Below are positions 15,001 through 30,000 of a DNA stretch of 64,000 nucleotides, one piece after another. Origin of the DNA: Owenia fusiformis (Eukaryota); assembly GCA_903813345.2 (NCBI GenBank), contig CAIIXF020000001.1, positions 24,800,001-24,864,000 on the forward strand. The letters run 5' to 3'. The position numbers and the translations under genes were made by a program. The notes beneath the pieces are model-generated. The model was not told the DNA's origin, made no database searches, and saw nothing but the letters and a program-made list of their open reading frames with translations. Each line of letters begins with the position of its first letter. Positions within the stretch are counted from its first letter, which is position 1.

Positions 15001-18000
15001 AACAGTTGCTGATGCAACAACGGCTGATGTTACAACAACAGTTGCTGACACAACTACAGAGGTTGACGCAACTACGGCAGATACTACAGCAGCTGATGCT
15101 ACAACTACAGTGGCTGACACAACTGCAGCTGATGCTACAACAACAGTTGCTGATGCAACAACGGCTGATGTTACAACAACAGTTGCTGAAACAACTACAG
15201 TGGCTGACGCAACTACGGCAGATGCTACAGCAGCTGATGCTACAAGTACAGTGGCTGACACAACTACAGCTGATGCCACAACAACAGTTGCTGATGCAAC
15301 AACGGCTGATGTTACAACAACAGTAGCTGACACAACTACAGTGGCTGACGCTACTACGGCAGATACTACAGCAGCTGATGCTACAACTACAGTGGATGAC
15401 ACAACTTCAGCTGATGCTACAACAACAGTTGCTGATGCAACAACGGCTGATGTTAAAACAACAGTTGCTGACACAACTACAGTGGCTGACGCAACTATGG
15501 CAGATACTACAGCAGCTGATGCTACAAGTACAGTGGCTGACACAACTACAGCTGATGCCACAAAAACAGTTGCTGATGCAACAACGGCTGATGTTACAAC
15601 AACAGTAGCTGACACAACTACAGTAGCTGACACAACTACGCCAGATACTACAGCAGCTGATGCTACAACTACAGTGGCTGACAAAACTACAGCTGATGCT
15701 ACAACAACAGTTGCTGATGCAACAACGGCTGATGTTACAACAACAGTTGCTGACACAACTACAGTGGCTGACGCAACTACGGCAGATATAACAGCAACTG
15801 ATGCTACAAGTACAGTGGCTGACACAACTACAGCTGATGCTGCAACAACAGTAGCTGACACAACTACAGTGGCTGACGCAACTACGGCAGATATAACAGC
15901 AACTGATGCTACAAGTACAGTGGCTGACACAACTACAGCTGATGCTACAACAACAGTTGCTCATGCAACAACGGCTGATGTTACAACAACAGTAGCTGAC
16001 ACAACTACAGTGGCTGACGCAACTACGGCAGATACTACAGCAGCTGATGCTACAACTACAGTGGCTGACACAACTACAGCTGATGCTACAACAACAGTTG
16101 CTGATGCAACAACGGCTGATGTTACAACAACAGTTGCTGACACAACTACAGTGGCTGACGCAACTACGGCAGATACTACAGCAGCTGATGCTACAAGTAC
16201 AGTGGCTGACACAACTAAAGCTGATGCTACAGCAACAGTTGATGATGCAACAACGGCTGATGTTACAACAACAGAAGCTGACATAACTACAGTGGCTGAC
16301 GCAACTACGGCAGATACTACAGCAGCTGATGCTACAACTACAGTGGCTGACACAGCTGCAGCTGATGCTACAACAACAGTTGCTGATGCAACAACGGCTG
16401 ATGTTACAAAAACAGTAGCTGACACAACTACAGTGGCTGACGCAACTACGGCAGATAGTACAGCAGCTGATTATACAACTACAGTGGCTGACACAACTAC
16501 AGCTGATGCTACAACAACAGTTGCTGATGCAACAACGGCTGATGTTACAACAACAGTAGCTGAGACAACTACAGTGGCTGACACAACTATGACAGATACT
16601 ACAACAGCTGATGCTACAACTATAGTGGCTGACTCAACTACGGCAGATACTGCAGCAGCTAATGCTACAACTACAGTGGCTGACACAACTACAGCTGATG
16701 CTACAACAACAGTTGCTGATGCAACAACGGCTGATGTTACAACAACAGTAGCTGAGACAACTACAGTGGCTGACACAACTATGACAGATACTACAACAGC
16801 TGATGCTACAACTATAGTGGCTGACTCAACTACGGCAGATACTGCAGCAGCTAATGCTACAACTACAGTGGCTGACACAACTACAGCTGATGCTACAACA
16901 ACAGTTGCTGATGCAACAACGGCTGATGTTACAACAACAGTTGCTGACACAACTACAGAGGTTGACGCAACTACGGCAGATACTACAGCAGCTGATGCTA
17001 CAACTACAGTGGCTGACACAACTGCAGCTGATGCTACAACAACAGTTGCTGATGCAACAACGGCTGATGTTACAACAACAGTAGCTGACACAACTACAGT
17101 GGCTGGCGCAACTACGGCAGATACTACAGCAGCTGATGCTACAACTACAGTGGCTGACACAACTACAGCTGATGCTACAACAACAGTTGCTGATGCAACA
17201 ACGGCTGATGTTACAACAACAGTAGCTGACACAACTACAGTGGCTGACGCAACTACGGCAGATACTACAGCAGCTGATGCTACAACTACAGTGGCTGACA
17301 CAACTTCAGCTGATGCTACAACAACAGTTGCTGCTGATGCTACAACTACAGTGGCTGACACAACTGCAGATGATGCTACAACAACAGTTGCTGATGCAAC
17401 AACGGCTGATGTTACAACAACAGTGGCTGACACAACTACAGTGGCTGACGCAACTACAGTAGATACTACAGCAGCTGATGCTACAACTACAGTGGCTGAC
17501 ACAACTACAGCTGATGCTACAACAACAGTTGCTGATGCAACAACGGCTGATGTTACAACAACAGTTGCTGACACAACTACAGTGGCTGACGCAACTACAG
17601 CAGATACTACAGCAGCTGATGCTACAAGTACTGTGGCTGACACAACTACAGCTGATGCTACAGCAACAGTTGCTGATGCAACAACGGCTGATGCTACAAC
17701 AACAGTTTCTGACACAACTACATTGGCTGATGCAACTACGGCAGATACTACAGCAGCTGGTGCTACAAGTACAGTGACTGACACAACTGCAGCTGATGCT
17801 ACAACAACAGTTGCTGATGCAACAACGGCTGATGTTACAACAACAGTAGCTGACACAACTACAGTGGCTGACGCAACTACGGCAGATACTACAGCAGCTG
17901 ATGCTACAACTAAAGTGGCTGACACAACTACAGCTGATGCTACAACAACAGTTGCTGATGCAACAACGGCTGATGTTACAACAACAGTTGCTGACACAAC

Positions 18001-21000
18001 TACAGTGGCTGACGCAACTACAGCAGATACTACAGCAGCTGATGCTACAAGTACAGTGGCTGACACAACTACAGCTGATGCCACAACAACAGTTGCTGAT
18101 GCAACAACGGCTGATGTTACAACAACAGTATCTGACATAACTACAGGGGCTGACGCAACTACGGCAGATACTACAGCAGCTGTTGCTACAACTACAGTGG
18201 CTGACACAACTGCAGCTGATACTACAACAACAGTTGCTGATGGAACAACGGCTGATGTTACAACAACAGTTGCTGACACAACTACAGTGGCTGACGCAAC
18301 TACGGCAGATACTACATCAGCTGATGCTACAACTACAGTGGCTGACACATCTGCAGCTGATGCTACAACAACAGTTGCTGATGCAACAACGGCTGATGTT
18401 ACAACAACAGTAGTTGACACAACTACAGTGGCTGACGCAACTACGGCAAAATCTACTGCAGCTGATGCTACAACTACAGTGGCTGACACAACTGCAGCTG
18501 ATGCTACAACAACAGTTGCTGATGCAACATCGGCTGATGTTACAAAAACAGTAGCTGACACAACTACAGTGGCTGACGCAACTACGGCAGATAGTACAGC
18601 AGCTGATTATACAACTACAGTGGCTGACACAACTACAGCTGATGCTACAACAACAGTTGCTGATGCAACAACGGCTGATGTTACAACAACAGTAGCTGAC
18701 ACAACTACAGTGGCTGACGCAACTACGACAGATACTACAGCAGTTGATGCTACAACTACAGTGGCTGACACAACTTCAGCTGATGCTACAACAACAGTTG
18801 GTGATGCAACAACGGCTGATGTTACAACAACAGTGGCTGACACAACTTCAGTGGCTGACGCAACTACGGTAGATACTACAGCAGCTGATGCTACAACTAC
18901 AGTGGCTGACACAACTGCAGCTGATGCTACAACAACAGTTGCTGATGCAACAACGGCTGATGTTACAACAACAGTTGCTGAAACAACTACAGTGGCTGAC
19001 ACAACTACGGCAGATACTACAGCAGCTGATGCTACAATTACAGTGGCTGACACAACTACAGCTGATGCTACAACAACAGTTGCAAATGCAACAACGGCTG
19101 ATGTTACAAAAACAGTTGCTGACACAACTACAGTGGCTGACGCAACTATGGCAGATACTACAGCAGCTGATGCTACAAGTACTGTGGCTGACACAACTAC
19201 AGCTGATGCTACAGCAACAGTTGCTGATGCAACAACGGCTGATGTTACAACAAAAGTACCTGACATAATTACAGTGGCTGACGCAACTACGGCAGATACT
19301 ACAGCAGCTGTTGCTACAACTACAGTGGCTGACACAACTGCAGCTGATGCTACAACAACAGTTGCTGATGGAACAACGTCTGATGTTACAACAACAGTTG
19401 CTGACACAACTACAGTGACTGACGCAACAACGGCAGATACTACAGCAGCTGATGCTACAACTACAGTGGCTGACACAACTGCAGCTGATGCTACAACAAC
19501 AGTTGCTGATGCAACATCGGCTGATGTTACAACAACAGTAGCTGACACAACTACAGTGGCTGACGCAACTACGGCAGATACTACAGCAGCTGATGTTACA
19601 ACTACAGTGGCTTACACAACTTCAGCTGATGCTACAACAACAGTTGCTGATGCAACAACGGCTGATGTTACAACAACAGTTGCTGACACAACTACAGTGG
19701 CTGACGCAACTACGGCAGATACTACAGCAGCAGATGCTACAAGTACAGTGGTTGACACAACTACAGCTGATGCTACAACAACAGTTGCTCATGCAACAAC
19801 GGCTGATGTTACAACAACAGTAGCTGACACAACTACAGTGGCTGACGCAACTACGGCAGATACTACAGCAGCTGATGCTACAACTACAGTGGCTGACACA
19901 ACTTCAGCTGATGCTACAACAACAGTTGCTGCTGATGCTACAACTACAGTGGCTGACACAACTGCAGATGATGCTACAACAACAGTTGCTGATGCAACAA
20001 CGGCTGATGTTACAACAACAGTGGCTGACACAACTACAGTGGCTGACGCAACTACAGTAGATACTACAGCAGCTGATGCTACAACTACAGTGGCTGACAC
20101 AACTACAGCTGATGCTACAACAACAGTTGCTGATGCAACAACGGCTGATGTTACAACAACAGTTGCTGACACAACTACAGTGGCTGACGCAACTACAGCA
20201 GATACTACAGCAGCTGATGCTACAAGTACTGTGGCTGACACAACTACAGCTGATGCTACAGCAACAGTTGCTGATGCAACAACGGCTGATGCTACAACAA
20301 CAGTTTCTGACACAACTACATTGGCTGATGCAACTACGGCAGATACTACAGCAGCTGGTGCTACAAGTACAGTGACTGACACAACTGCAGCTGATGCTAC
20401 AACAACAGTTGCTGATGCAACAACGGCTGATGTTACAACAACAGTAGCTGACACAACTACAGTGGCTGACGCAACTACGGCAGATACTACAGCAGCTGAT
20501 GCTACAACTAAAGTGGCTGACACAACTACAGCTGATGCTACAACAACAGTTGCTGATGCAACAACGGCTGATGTTACAACAACAGTTGCTGACACAACTA
20601 CAGTGGCTGACGCAACTACAGCAGATACTACAGCAGCTGATGCTACAAGTACAGTGGCTGACACAACTACAGCTGATGCCACAACAACAGTTGCTGATGC
20701 AACAACGGCTGATGTTACAACAACAGTATCTGACATAACTACAGGGGCTGACGCAACTACGGCAGATACTACAGCAGCTGTTGCTACAACTACAGTGGCT
20801 GACACAACTGCAGCTGATACTACAACAACAGTTGCTGATGGAACAACGGCTGATGTTACAACAACAGTTGCTGACACAACTACAGTGGCTGACGCAACTA
20901 CGGCAGATACTACATCAGCTGATGCTACAACTACAGTGGCTGACACATCTGCAGCTGATGCTACAACAACAGTTGATGATGCAACAACGGCTGATGTTAC

Positions 21001-24000
21001 AACAACAGTAGTTGACACAACAACAGTGGCTGACGCAACTACGGCAAAATCTACTGCAGCTGATGCTACAACTACAGTGGCTGACACAACTGCAGCTGAT
21101 GCTTCAACAACAGTTGCTGATGCAACATCGGCTGATGTTACAAAAACAGTAGCTGACACAACTACAATGGCTGACGCAACTACGGCAGATAGTACAGCAG
21201 CTGATTATACAACTACAGTGGCTGACACAACTACAGCTGATGCTACAACAACAGTTGCTGATGCAACAACGGCTGATGTTACAACAACAGTAGCTGACAC
21301 AACTACAGTGGCTGACGCAACTACGACAGATACTACATCAGTTGATGCTACAACTACAGTGGCTGACACAACTTCAGCTGATGCTACAACAACAGTTGGT
21401 GATGCAACAACGGCTGATGTTACAACAACAGTGGCTGACACAACTTCAGTGGCTGACGCAACTACGGTAGATACTACAGCAGCTGATGCTACAACTACAG
21501 TGGCTGACACAACTGCAGCTGATGCTACAACAACAGTTGCTGATGCAACAACGGCTGATGTTACAACAACAGTTGCTGAAACAACTACAGTGGCTGACAC
21601 AACTACGGCAGATACTACAGCAGCTGATGCTACAATTACAGTGGCTGACACAACTACAGCTGATGCTACAACAACAGTTGCAAATGCAACAACGGCTGAT
21701 GTTACAAAAACAGTTGCTGACACAACTACAGTGGCTGACGCAACTATGGCAGATACTACAGCAGCTGATGCTACAAGTACTGTGGCTGACACAACTACAG
21801 CTGATGCTACAGCAACAGTTGCTGATGCAACAACGGCTGATGTTACAACAAAAGTACCTGACATAATTACAGTGGCTGACGCAACTACGGCAGATACTAC
21901 AGCAGCTGTTGCTACAACTACAGTGGCTGACACAACTGCAGCTGATGCTACAACAACAGTTGCTGATGGAACAACGTCTGATGTTACAACAACAGTTGCT
22001 GACACAACTACAGTGACTGACGCAACAACGGCAGATACTACAGCAGCTGATGCTACAACTACAGTGGCTGAAACAACTGCAGCTGATGCTACAACAACAG
22101 TTGCTGATGCAACATCGGCTGATGTTACAACAACAGTAGCTGACACAACTACAGTGGCTGACGCAACTACGGCAGATACTACAGCAGCTGATGTTACAAC
22201 TACAGTGGCTTACACAACTTCAGCTGATGCTACAACAACAGTTGCTGATGCAACAACGGCTGATGTCAAAACAACAGTTGCTGACACAACTACAGTGGCT
22301 GACGCAACTACGGCAGATACTACAGCAGCAGATGCTACAAGTACAGTGGTTGACACAACTACAGCTGATGCTACAACAACAGTTGCTGATGCAACAACGG
22401 CTGATGTTACAACAACAGTAGCTGACACAACTACAGTAGCTGACGCAACTACGCCAGATACTACAGCAGCTGATGCTACAACTACAGTGGCTGACACAAC
22501 TCCAGCTGATGCTACAACAACAGTTGCTGATGCAACAACGGCTGATGCTACAACAACAGTTTCTGACACAATTACAGTGGCTGACGCAACTACAGCAGAT
22601 ACAACAGCAGCTGATGCTACAACTACAGTGGCTGACACAACTGCAGCTGATGCTACAACAACAGTTGCTGATGCAACATCGGCTGATGTTACAACAACAG
22701 TAGCTGACACAACTACAGTGGCTGACGCAACTACGGCAGATACTTCAGCAGCTGATGCTACAACTACAGTGGCTTACACAACTTCAGCTGATGCTACAAC
22801 AACAGTTGCTGATGCAACAACGGCTGATGCTACAACAACAGTTTCTGACACAACTACAGTGGCTGATGCAACTACGGCAGATACTACAGCAGCTGGTGCT
22901 ACAAGTACAGTGGCTGACACAACTACAGCTGATGCTACAACAACAGTTGCTGATGCAACAACGGCTGATGCTACAACAACAGTTTCTGACACAACTACAG
23001 TGGCTGATGCAACTACGGCAGATACTACAGCAGCTGGTGCTACAAGTACAGTGGCTGACACAACTACAGCTGATGCTACAACAACAGTTGCTGATGCAAC
23101 AACGGCTGAAGTTACAACAACAGTTGCTGACACAACTACAGTGGCTGACGCAACTACAGCAGATACAACAGCAGCTGATGCTACAAGTACAGTGGCTGAC
23201 ACAACTACAGCTGATGCTACAACAACAGTTGCCCAAGCAACAACGGCTGATGTTACAACAACAGTAGCTGACACAACTACAATGGCTGACGCAACTACGG
23301 CAGATACTACAGCAGCTGATGCTACAACTACAGTGGCTGACACAACTACAGCTGATGCTACAACAACAGTTGCTGATGCAACAACGGCTGATGTTACAAC
23401 AACAGTTGCTGACACAACTACAGTGGCTGACGGAACTACGGCAGATACTACAGCAGCTGATGCTACAAGTACAGTGGCCGACACAATTACAGCTGATGCT
23501 ACAACAACAGTTGCTGATGCAACAACGGCTGATGTTACAACAACAGTAGCTGACACAACTACAGTAGCTGATGCAACTACACCAGATACTACATCAGCTG
23601 ATGCTACAACTACAGTGGCTGACACAACTGTAGCTGATGCTACAACAACAGTTACTGATGCAACAACGGCTGATGTTACAACAACAGTTGCTGAAACAAC
23701 AACAGTGGCTGACGCAACTACGGCAGATACTACAGCAGCTGATGCTACAACTACAGTGGATGACACAACTACAGCTGATGCTACAACAACAGTTGCTGAT
23801 GCAACAACGGCTGATGTTACAACAACAGTTGCTGACACAACTACAGTGGCTGATGCAACTACGGCAGATACTATAGCAGCTGATGCTACAAGTACTGTGG
23901 CTGACACAACTACAGCTGATGCTACAACAACAGTTGCTGATGCAACTATAGTGGCTGACGCAACTACGGCAGATACTACAGCAGCTGATGCTACAACAAT

Positions 24001-27000
24001 AGTGGCTGGCGCAACTAAGGCAGATACTACAGCAGTTGATGCTACAAGTACAGTGGCAGACACAACTACAGCTGATGCTACAACAACAATTGCTAATTCA
24101 ACAACGGCTGATGTTACAACAACAGTTGCTGACACAACTACAGTGGCTGACGCAACTACGGCAGATACTATAGCAGCTGATGCTACAAGTACTGTGGCTG
24201 ACACAACTACAGCTGATGCTACAACAACAGTTGCTGGTGCAAAAACGGCTGATGTTACAACAACAGTAGCTGACACAACTACAGTGGCTGACACAACTAC
24301 GGCAGATACTACAGCAGCTGATGCTACAACTACAGTGGTTGACACAAATACAGCTGATGATACATCTACAGTTCCTGATGCAACAACTGCTGATGTTACA
24401 ACAACAGTAGCTGACACAACTACAGTGGCTGACACAACTACGGCAGATACTACACCAGCTGATGCTACAGGTACAGTGGATGACACAACTACAGCTGATG
24501 CTACAACAACAGTTGCTGATGCAAGAACGGCTGATGTTACTTCAACAGCAGCTGACACAACTACAGTAACTGACGCAACTACGGCAGATACTACAGCAGC
24601 TGATGCTACAACTACAGTGGCTGACAGAACTACAGCTGATGCTACAACAACAGTTGCTGATGCAACAACGGCTGATGTTACAACAACAGTAGCTGACACA
24701 ACTACAGTGGCTGACACAACTACGGCAGATACTACAGCAGCTGATGCTACAAGTAAAGTGGCTGACACAACTACAGCTGATGCTACAACAACAGCTGCTG
24801 ATGCAACAACGGCTAATTTTACAACAACAGTTGCTGACACAACTACAGTGGCTGGCGCAACTACGGCAGATACTACACCAGCTGATGCTACAGGTACAGT
24901 GGATGACACAACTACAGCTGATGCTACAACAACAGTTGCTGATGCAATAACGGCTGATGTTACTTCAACAGCAGCTGACACAACTACAGTAACTGACGCA
25001 ACTACGGCAGATACTACAGCAGCTGATGCTACAACTACAGTGGCTGACAGAACTACAGCTGATGCTACAACAACAGTTGCTGATGCAACAACGGCTGATA
25101 TTACAACAACAGTAGCTGACACAACTACAGTGGCTGATGCAACTACGACAGAAAATACAGTAGCTAATACTACAAGTACAGCGGCTGACACAACTACAGC
25201 TGATGCTACAACAACAGTTGCTGATGCAACAACGGCTGATGTTACAACAAGAGTAGCTGACACAACTACAGTGGCTGACGCAACTACGGCAGATACTACA
25301 GCAGCTATTGCTACAACTACAGTGGCTGACACAACTACAGCTGATGCTACAAAAACAGTTGCTGATGCAACAACGGCTGGTGTTACAACAACAGTAGCTG
25401 ATACAATTGCAGTGGCTGACGCAACTACAGAAGATACTAGAGCAGCTGATAATACAACTACCGTGGCTGACACAACTACAACCGATGCTACAACAACAGT
25501 TGCTGATGCAACAACTGCTGATGTTACAACAACAGTTCCTGACACAACTACAATTGCCGGCGCGACTACGGCAGATACTACAGTAGCTGATGCTACAAAT
25601 ACAGTGGCTGACACAACTACAGCTGATGTTACAACAAGAGTAGCTGACACAACTACAGTGGCTGACGCAACTACGGCAGATACTACAGCAGCTATTGCTA
25701 CAACTACAGTGGCTGACACAACTGCAGCTGATGCTTCAACAACAGTTGCTGATGCAACAACGGCTGATGTTACAACAACAGTAGTTGACACAACTACAGT
25801 GACTGACGCAACTACGGCAGATACTACAGCAGCTGATGCTACAACTACAGTGGATTACACATCTACAGCTGATGCTACAACAACAGTTGCTGATGCAACA
25901 ACGGCTGATGTTACAACTACAGTTGCTGACACAACTACAGCTGATACTACAAAAACAGTTGCTGATGCAACAACTGCTGATGTTACAACAACAGTAGCTG
26001 ACACAACTACAGTTGCTGACGCAACTACACCAGATACTACATCAGCTGGCACAACTACAGTGGCTGACGCAACTACGGCAGATACTACAGCAGCTATTGC
26101 TACAAGTACAGTGGCTGACACAACTACAGCTGATGCTACAACAACAGTTGCTGATGCAAGAACGGCTGATGTTACTTCAACAGCAGCTGACACAACTACA
26201 GTGGCTGACGCAACTACGGCAGATACTACAGCAGCTGATGCTACAACTACAGTGGCTGAAACAACTACAGCTAATGCTGCAACAATAGTTGCTGATGCAG
26301 CAACGGCTGATGTTACAACAACAGTTGCTGACACAACTACAGTGGCTGACGCAACTACGGCAGATACAACAGCAGCTATTGTAACAAGTACAGTGGCTGA
26401 CACAACTGCAGCTGATGCTACAACAACAGTTGCTGATGCAACAACTGCTGATGTTACAACAACAGTTCCTGACACAACTACAATTGCCGGCGCGACTATG
26501 GTAGATACTACAGTAGCTGATGCTATAAGTACAGTGGCTGACATAACTACAGCTGATGTTACAACAACAGTTGCTGATGCAACAACGGCTGATGTTACAA
26601 CAACAGTAGCTGACACAACTACAATGACTGACGCAACTACGGCAGATACTAAAGCATCTGATGCTACAACTACAGTGACTGACGCAACTAAAGCTGATGC
26701 TACAACAACAGTTGCTGATGCAACAATGGCTGATGTTACAACAACACTTGCTGACACAACTACAGTGGCTGATGCAACTACGGCAGATACTATAGCAGCT
26801 GATGCTACAAGTACTGTGGCTGACACAACTACAGCTAATGCTACAACAACATTTGCTGATGCAACAACGGCTCATGTTACAACAACAGTAGCTGACACAA
26901 CTACAGTGGCTGACGCAACTACGGCAGATACTACAGCAGCTGATGCTACAACAACAGTGGCTGACGCAACTACGGCAGATATTTCAGCAGTTGATGCTAC

Positions 27001-30000
27001 AAGTACAGTGGCTGACACAACTACAGCCGGTGCTACAACAACAGTTGCTAATGCAACAACGGCTGATGTTACAAAAACAGTTGCTGACACAACTACAGTG
27101 GCTGACGCAACTACGGCAGATACTACAGCAGCTGATGCTACAAGTACAGTGGCTGACACAACTGCAGCTGACGCTACAACAACAGTTGCTGATGCAACAA
27201 CTGCTGATGTTACAACAACAGTAGCTGACAAAATTACAGTGGCTGAAGCAACTACGGCAGATACTACAGCAGCTGATGCTACAACAACAGTGGCTGACGC
27301 AACTACGGCAGATACTACAGCAGTTGAGGCTACAAGTACAGTGGCTGACACAAATACAGCTGATACTTCAACAACAGTTGCTGATGCAACAACGGCTGAT
27401 GTTACAACAACAGTAGCTGACACAACTACAGTGACTGACGCAACTACGGCAGATACTACAGCACCTGATGCTACAACTACAGTGGCTGACACAACTACAG
27501 CTGATGCTTCAACAACAGTTGCTGATGAAACAATGGCTGATGTTACAACAACACTTGCTGTCACAACTACAGTGGCTGAAGCAACTACGGCAGATACTAT
27601 AGCAGCTGATGCTACAAGTACTGTGGCTGACACAACTACAGCTGATGCTACAACAACATTTGCTGATGCAACAACGGCTCATGTTACAACAACAGTAGCT
27701 GACACAACTACAGTGGCTGACGCAACTACGGCAGATACTACAGCAGCTGATGCTACAACTACAGTGGATGACACAACTACAGCTGATACTACAACAACAA
27801 TTGCTGATGCAACAACAGCTGATGTTACAACAACAGTTGCTGACACAACTACAGTGGCTGAAGCAACTACGGCAGATACTACAGCAGCTGATGTTACAAC
27901 AACAGTTGCTGATGCAACAACGGCTGATGTTACAACAACAGTTGCTGACACAACTACAGTGGCTGACGCAACTACGGCAGATACTACAGCAGTTGATGCT
28001 ACAACTACAGTGGATGACACAACAGTTGCTGATGCAACTATAGTGGCTGACGCAACTACTGCAGATACTACAGCAGTTGATGCTACAACTACAGTGGCTG
28101 ACACAACTACAGCTGATGCTACAACAACAGTTGCTGATGCAAGAACGGCTGATGTTACTTCAACAGCAGCTGACACAACTACAGTGGCTGACGCAACTAC
28201 GGAAGATACTACAGCAACTGATGCTACAAGTACAGTGGCTGACACAACTACAGCTGATGTTACAACAACAGTTGCTGATGCAACAACGGCTGATGTTACA
28301 ACAACAGTTGCTGACACAACTACAGTGGCTGACGCAACTACGGCAGATACTACAGCAGTTGATGCTACAAATACAGTGGATGACACAACTACAGCTGATG
28401 CTACAACAACAGTTGCTGATGCAACTATAGTGGCTGACTCAACTACGGCAGATAATACAGCAGTTGATGCTACAACTACAGTGGCTGACACAACTACAGC
28501 TGATGCTACAACAACAGTTGCTGAAGCAAGAACGGCTGATGTTACTTCAACAGCAGCTGACACAACTACAGTGGCTGACACAACTACGGAAGATACTACA
28601 GCAACTGATGCTACAACTACAGTGGCTGAAACAACTACAGCTGATGCTACAACAACAGTTGCTGATGCAGCAACGGCTGATGTTACAACAGCAGTTGCTG
28701 ACACTACTACAGTGGCTGACGCAACTACGGCAGATATTACAGCAGCTGTTGCTAAAATTACAGTGGCTGACACAACTACAGCTGATGCTACAACAACAGT
28801 TGCTGATGCAACAACGGCTGATGTAACAACAACAGTTGCTGACACAACTACAGTGGCTGACGCAACTACGGCAGATACTACAGCAGCTGATGCTACAAGT
28901 ACAGTGGCTGACACAACTGCAGCTGACGCTACAACAACAGTTGCTGATGCAACAACTGCTGATGTTACAACAGCAGTAGCTGACAAAACTACAGTGGCTG
29001 AAGCAACTACGGCAGATACTACAGCAGCTGATGCTACAACAATAGTGGCTTACGCAACTACGGCAGATACTACAGCAGTTGAAGCTACAAGTACAGTGGC
29101 TGACACAATTACAGCTGATACTACAACAACAGTTGCTGATGCAACAACGGCTGATGTTACAACAACAGTAGCTGACACAACTACAGTGACTGATGCAACT
29201 ACGGCAGATACTAGAGCAGCTGATGCTACAACTACAGTGGCTGACACAACTACAGCTGATGCTACAACAACAGTGGCTGATGCAAGAACGGCTGATGTTA
29301 CTTCAACAGCAGCTGACACAACTACAGTGGCTGACGCAACTACGGCAGATACTACAGCAGCTGATGTTACAACAACAGTTGCTGATGCAACAACGGCTGA
29401 TGTTACAACAACAGTTGCTGACACAACTACAGTGGCTGGCGCAACTACGGCAGATACTACAGCAGTTGATGCTACAACTACAGTATATGACACAACAGTT
29501 GCTGATGCAACTATAGTGGCTGACGCAACTACTGCAGATACTACAGCAGTTGATGCTACAACTACAGTGGCTGACACAACTACAGCTGATGCTACAACAA
29601 CAGTTGCTGATGCAAGAACGGCTGATGTTACTTCAACAGCAGCTGACACAACTACAGTGGCTGGCGCAACTACGGAAGATACTACAGCAACTGATGCTAC
29701 AAGTACAGTGGCTGACACAACTACAGCTGATGCTACAACAACAGTTGCTGATGCAACAACGGCTGGTGTAACAACAACAGTAGCTGACACAACTACAGTG
29801 GCTGACGCAACTACGGCAGATACTACAGCAGCTGATGCTACAAGTAAAGTGGCTGACACAACTACAGCTGATGCTGCAACAACAGTTGCTGATGCAACAA
29901 CGGCTGATGTTACAACAACAGTTGCTGACACAACTACAGTGGCTGACGCAACTACGGCAGATACTACAGCAGTTGTTGCTACAACTACAGTGGATGACAC

